A stretch of DNA of 64,000 bases from an actinobacterium SCGC AAA027-J17. Lineage in GTDB: Bacteria > Actinomycetota > Actinomycetes > Nanopelagicales > Nanopelagicaceae. The stretch spans positions 12,945 through 76,944 of the forward strand of contig KB912743.1 of NCBI GenBank assembly GCA_000383815.1. Direction: 5' to 3'. Numbering within the stretch: position 1 is the first letter of the stretch; every line of letters begins with the position of its first letter. The position numbers were made by a program, and so were the translations under genes. The notes under the pieces are model-generated. The model was not told where the DNA came from. It saw only the letters and a list, made by a program, of their open reading frames with translations, and did not search any database. Shown one piece after another: positions 60,932 through 64,000 of the stretch.

Positions 60932-61387
60932 TATCTGACCTAAATAAAAAGTAGAGTCGCCCTATAAGCTTGAATTGAGATCTGGAATCTCTTCAAAACT
61001 ATTAAAAATTATTTTTCCCATTTCTTTAGCTTTGCCCATCTCTAGATCAGCGCCACGAGATTCACCAGGGATGCGCAGAACTGCATCACATTTTTCTAGG
61101 AGTCTATGGGCAACTGGATATTGAAATTCAGAGAATTGTTCAGATGAATGAGAGTCTCCGCCAGCCTGCCGAATTACAGGCCATGCAAGCCATTCACCTA
61201 CAACAGCTATGTGACCTTTCTTGAAGATTGGAAGCGCATAATCTTCCATTGCCTTTAGATTCTTTGTGATTGCATCTTCTTCGCCATTCGTCCCGGACAT
61301 GTACGGACCTGAAATTAGAATCATTAGCGGCTTATTCATAAATGCATTCTAATGTAAAGAGAAGAGTCGCCCATATCTGACCTAAAT
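60932..61387. repeat. Permuted direct repeats TATCTGACCTAAAT and AGAGTCGCCC flanking one gene
   Basis: 14-mer at 60932-60945 and 61374-61387; 10-mer at 60953-60962 and 61363-61372. Confidence 0.85.
60962..61339 (-). CDS. DUF4406-like / nucleoside deoxyribosyltransferase-fold protein
   Basis: ILISGPY.SG, CDAVLRIPGES.GADLE; TAGAAT-N6-ATG. Confidence 0.7.
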   Translation of the reverse strand: MNKPLMILISGPYMSGTNGEEDAITKNLKAMEDYALPIFKKGHIAVVGEWLAWPVIRQAGGDSHSSEQFSEFQYPVAHRLLEKCDAVLRIPGESRGADLEMGKAKEMGKIIFNSFEEIPDLNSSL

Positions 61388-61483
61388 CCGTTCAATATCT
61401 AGTAAATGTCAGACCGATTGACTAATATGGGTGCTAAGTCAAGAAAAAGTAAATATATGAAATGGGTAAATGAGGAAAACTAG

Positions 61484-61495
61484 TCGAAACCCTCA
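61484..61495 (+). repeat. Partial copy of tRNA-Val T-arm/3' end (TCGAAACCCTCA)
   Basis: 12-bp identity to 60835-60846. Confidence 0.55.
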
Positions 61496-61536
61496 TCCTC
61501 CGCCAGAACGTGGGTAAGTCCCCAAAAGTTAACGAG

Positions 61537-62499
61537 ATGCGAATGCGAGCAATGACTCAAGGAAAGTACGGATTGGACTCCTTAGTTTTATCAGAAATAC
61601 CAACGCCCAGGATTGAATCAGAACAGATTTTAGTAAAAGTAGAGGCAGCCAGCATCTATGCCGCAGTTCTGCATCTAATAACAGCAGATATCTCACTTGT
61701 TAGATTATTTGCAGGGCTTCGTAAACCACGTATGCGTCCAGGCCAATCATTCGCCGGAACAGTGATTGGGATTGGTAGTGAAGTAAAGGACTTAAAGGTC
61801 GGAGATCGAGTCTGCGGAACTGCACCGGGTGCACTTGCAGAACTAGTAGTTGCCCGCGCAAATCGTGTGGCCCTCTTGCCCATCGGTGTGGGCTTTGATG
61901 AAGCATCAACAATTCCAGTATCAGCCGGCACAGCACTTCAAGCAGTTCGAAAACACGGCCAAGTTAGTGCTGGACAAAAAGTTTTAATCATCGGTGCCTC
62001 TGGTTGCGTTGGCTCATTTGCAGTGCAGATAGCAATAGGCCTTGGAGCGGAGGTAACCGGTGTATGTCGGGGATCTAAGAAGAGCTACGTTAGAACTTTG
62101 GGAGCTCACCAAGTTATTGATTACGAATCAGAATCAATAACCGGTGCCTTTGATTGCATCATCGATGCTTCAAGTTTCCTATCGATAAAGCAATTGCGAA
62201 GGTTGTTGAAATCAGGTGGAAGATTAGTAATCGTTGGAGCTGCGGCAAATCACGGCTCAAGTGGTCTTAGTCGGCTTGTTGCGACAGCTTTACTTTCCTT
62301 ATTTATTAAGGAGTCGATCAAGTCTTTTATTCAATCTGAAGATAAAGATGAGCTGCCCTTACTGCTTGAAGATTTGGCGAGGAAGCGGATTAATCCTGTG
62401 ATAGATAAAAAATTCCCATTGGAATTTAGCGCTCAAGCTGTTGAGCACTTTGCATCCGGCAAAGCCAGCGGTCACATCGTAGTTTCACCTTCCCTCTAG
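61537..62499 (+). CDS. MDR superfamily NAD(P)-dependent oxidoreductase (quinone oxidoreductase-like)
   Basis: ILVKVEAASI, VGDRV, VLIIGASGCVGSFAVQIA, LGAHQVIDY, PVIDKKFPL. Confidence 0.85.
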   Translation: MRMRAMTQGKYGLDSLVLSEIPTPRIESEQILVKVEAASIYAAVLHLITADISLVRLFAGLRKPRMRPGQSFAGTVIGIGSEVKDLKVGDRVCGTAPGALAELVVARANRVALLPIGVGFDEASTIPVSAGTALQAVRKHGQVSAGQKVLIIGASGCVGSFAVQIAIGLGAEVTGVCRGSKKSYVRTLGAHQVIDYESESITGAFDCIIDASSFLSIKQLRRLLKSGGRLVIVGAAANHGSSGLSRLVATALLSLFIKESIKSFIQSEDKDELPLLLEDLARKRINPVIDKKFPLEFSAQAVEHFASGKASGHIVVSPSL

Positions 62500-62637
62500 T
62501 AAATTGACTGTTTACAGGTTCGAGTTTGCGCACTACCCTGTCGCTTTATGACCCGTTTACCCAAAAAACGGGGAATTACTCAGGTGGGGCGGAGTAAAAC
62601 CCTCACCGCCCACATTTAAATCAAGCCAAGGAGCAAA

Positions 62638-63795
62638 ATGAAGCCCGCCAAGATCGCAGATTATGGAATCACCGAAGAGTTTGGTTATTTGCCATCTTAT
62701 GAACCTGCCCAATCACTCTCTACTGGCAATGAGGAGTGGGATCAATTTGGTAAGGATCTTCCTAAGTTATTAATGAGCACTAACTTTAGAGCAAAAGTTA
62801 AGGCACTTCCTAAGTTTAATATTGATAAATTAAAAGGTGAAGCAGAGATTCAAAGAGCGATGCTGGTTTTAAGTTATATCGGACAGTCATATCAGTGGAG
62901 TGAGAACACCCCGGCAACTGTTATGCCAGCAAATTTAGCGGTACCTTGGTATGAGGTTGGTAAGTTAGTAGGTCGGCCACCAATTCTTTCCTACCAAAGT
63001 TATGCATCAGATAATTGGCGCCGCTTTGATAAGAATGGCCCAATTGAGTGTGGCAATATTGGCTTGGCCCAATGTTTCTTGGGCGGGCAAGATGAAGAGT
63101 GGTTTATTTTAATTCACATCGATATTGAGAAAAAAGCTGGCAAATCACTGAAAGCAATTGAAGATGCACAAGCTGCTGTTGCGGCAAATGATGCAGATCA
63201 ATTAGAGGCAGCCCTTACTAAATTACGCAACGCACTAGCTTCGATGTATCAGGTGCTCGGCAGAATGCCAGAGAGGTGTGATCCATATATTTACTTCCAC
63301 CGGGTTCGTCCATACATCTTTGGTTGGCGTAATAACCCATCCCTTCCAGATGGTGTGGTTTATGAAGGCGTGGATGAGTACAAAGGAGTCGGGCAAAAGT
63401 TTAGGGGAGAGACTGGAGCGCAGAGCGCGATAATTCCAGCGATGGATGGGGTACTAGGAATTGAACATGAAAGAGATGAACTTCGCGAGTACTTAATGGA
63501 GATGAGAACTTATATGCCACCAAAGCATGTGGCTTTTATTGAAGCGGTAGAGGCCGGTCCATCTGTTCGTAACTTTGTTACAACTACTAAGCGAACATCT
63601 TTAACCTCAGTATTTAATGAGTGTGTTGAACTAGTAGCTAGTTTTAGAGCAATGCATTTGGAGTATGCCGGCACATATATTCACGCCCAAGCACAGGCAA
63701 CACCTGGAAATCCATCTGCGGTAGGAACTGGCGGCACGCCATTTATGACCTACTTGCGCAAGCACAGGGATGAGACCAAAAAACAAACTGTTTAA
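62638..63795 (+). CDS. Indoleamine 2,3-dioxygenase-like heme dioxygenase (IDO/PrnB family)
   Basis: GRPPILSY, DEEWFILIH..IE, F..RVRPY, GETGAQS, MR.YMP..H, FR.MH...A..YI, GTGGTPFM.YL; AAGGAG RBS. Confidence 0.85.
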   Translation: MKPAKIADYGITEEFGYLPSYEPAQSLSTGNEEWDQFGKDLPKLLMSTNFRAKVKALPKFNIDKLKGEAEIQRAMLVLSYIGQSYQWSENTPATVMPANLAVPWYEVGKLVGRPPILSYQSYASDNWRRFDKNGPIECGNIGLAQCFLGGQDEEWFILIHIDIEKKAGKSLKAIEDAQAAVAANDADQLEAALTKLRNALASMYQVLGRMPERCDPYIYFHRVRPYIFGWRNNPSLPDGVVYEGVDEYKGVGQKFRGETGAQSAIIPAMDGVLGIEHERDELREYLMEMRTYMPPKHVAFIEAVEAGPSVRNFVTTTKRTSLTSVFNECVELVASFRAMHLEYAGTYIHAQAQATPGNPSAVGTGGTPFMTYLRKHRDETKKQTV

Positions 63796-63798
63796 CAA

Positions 63799-64000
63799 CT
63801 AATCCCTTGGAACATCTCTAACCATATGGTGAAAGTACTTGCCTGAGGTATCTCCCAACATCTTTTCACCAGCAAAGGTAAACCCTAGAGATTTGTAAGA
63901 GTTGATTGCTACTAAGTTATCGGCCCAGACTCCAAGACCCTGGCGTTGCCAACCTTTTTCTGATGAATGATTATCGATGTAATTAAATAAGGAGCGCATA
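63799..64000 (-). CDS. GNAT acetyltransferase, C-terminal part (5' end off window)
   Basis: LGVWADNLVAINSYKSLGF motif B. Confidence 0.7.
   Translation of the reverse strand, partial: MRSLFNYIDNHSSEKGWQRQGLGVWADNLVAINSYKSLGFTFAGEKMLGDTSGKYFHHMVRDVPRD

Larger units (their letters stand above)
60838..62614. mobile_element. Small tRNA-Val-anchored accessory islet bounded by 18-bp direct repeat AAACCCTCACCGCCCACA
   Basis: Repeat at 60838-60855 (tRNA 3' end) and 62597-62614; no integrase inside. Confidence 0.7.

Noticed and set aside
62506-62525. tRNA-like fragments GTTTACA and GGTTCGA as a pseudo-tRNA
   Set aside because: Only 7-bp matches, no cloverleaf can be drawn; may be chance
60782-64000. 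Prophage, IS element or CRISPR array at tRNA-Val
   Set aside because: No integrase, transposase, phage genes or regularly spaced repeat-spacer units

Overview
Low-GC, very gene-dense chromosomal segment of a streamlined actinobacterium. Gene order (dapD-LOG-DUF3117-methyltransferase-htrA-tatB-mrp; mshB-fdxA-dapC; manC-whiB-GT2-DUF5719-DUF3499-pmm-ahcY-mtrAB-comF-secA; pdtaS/whiB1; pilin cluster-prfB-ftsEX-smpB-ssrA; aceE-DUF3052-ahpE-tRNA-Val) is actinobacterial core, and the AT-richness suggests the freshwater acI lineage (Nanopelagicales; inference). About 65 CDS, one tmRNA and one tRNA-Val(TAC) are supported; no CRISPR, prophage, integrase or IS was seen. Most notable: (1) an integrase-less accessory islet at tRNA-Val delimited by copies of the tRNA 3' end, containing a single-gene cassette flanked by permuted direct repeats and followed by an indoleamine-2,3-dioxygenase-like gene whose leader reuses the att repeat as a hairpin; (2) dapC with its conserved N-terminus upstream of any ATG/GTG/TTG and in frame with the fdxA TAG stop; (3) several eroded or single-domain proteins (PurK-like, sigma region-4-only, SH3-like, CpaE/MinD-like); (4) a Tad/Flp pilus gene set with no ATPase or platform genes in the window; (5) a short-type AhcY; (6) a pervasive TANNNT-N6-start leaderless signature. 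All product calls come from motif recognition and synteny, not database searches.
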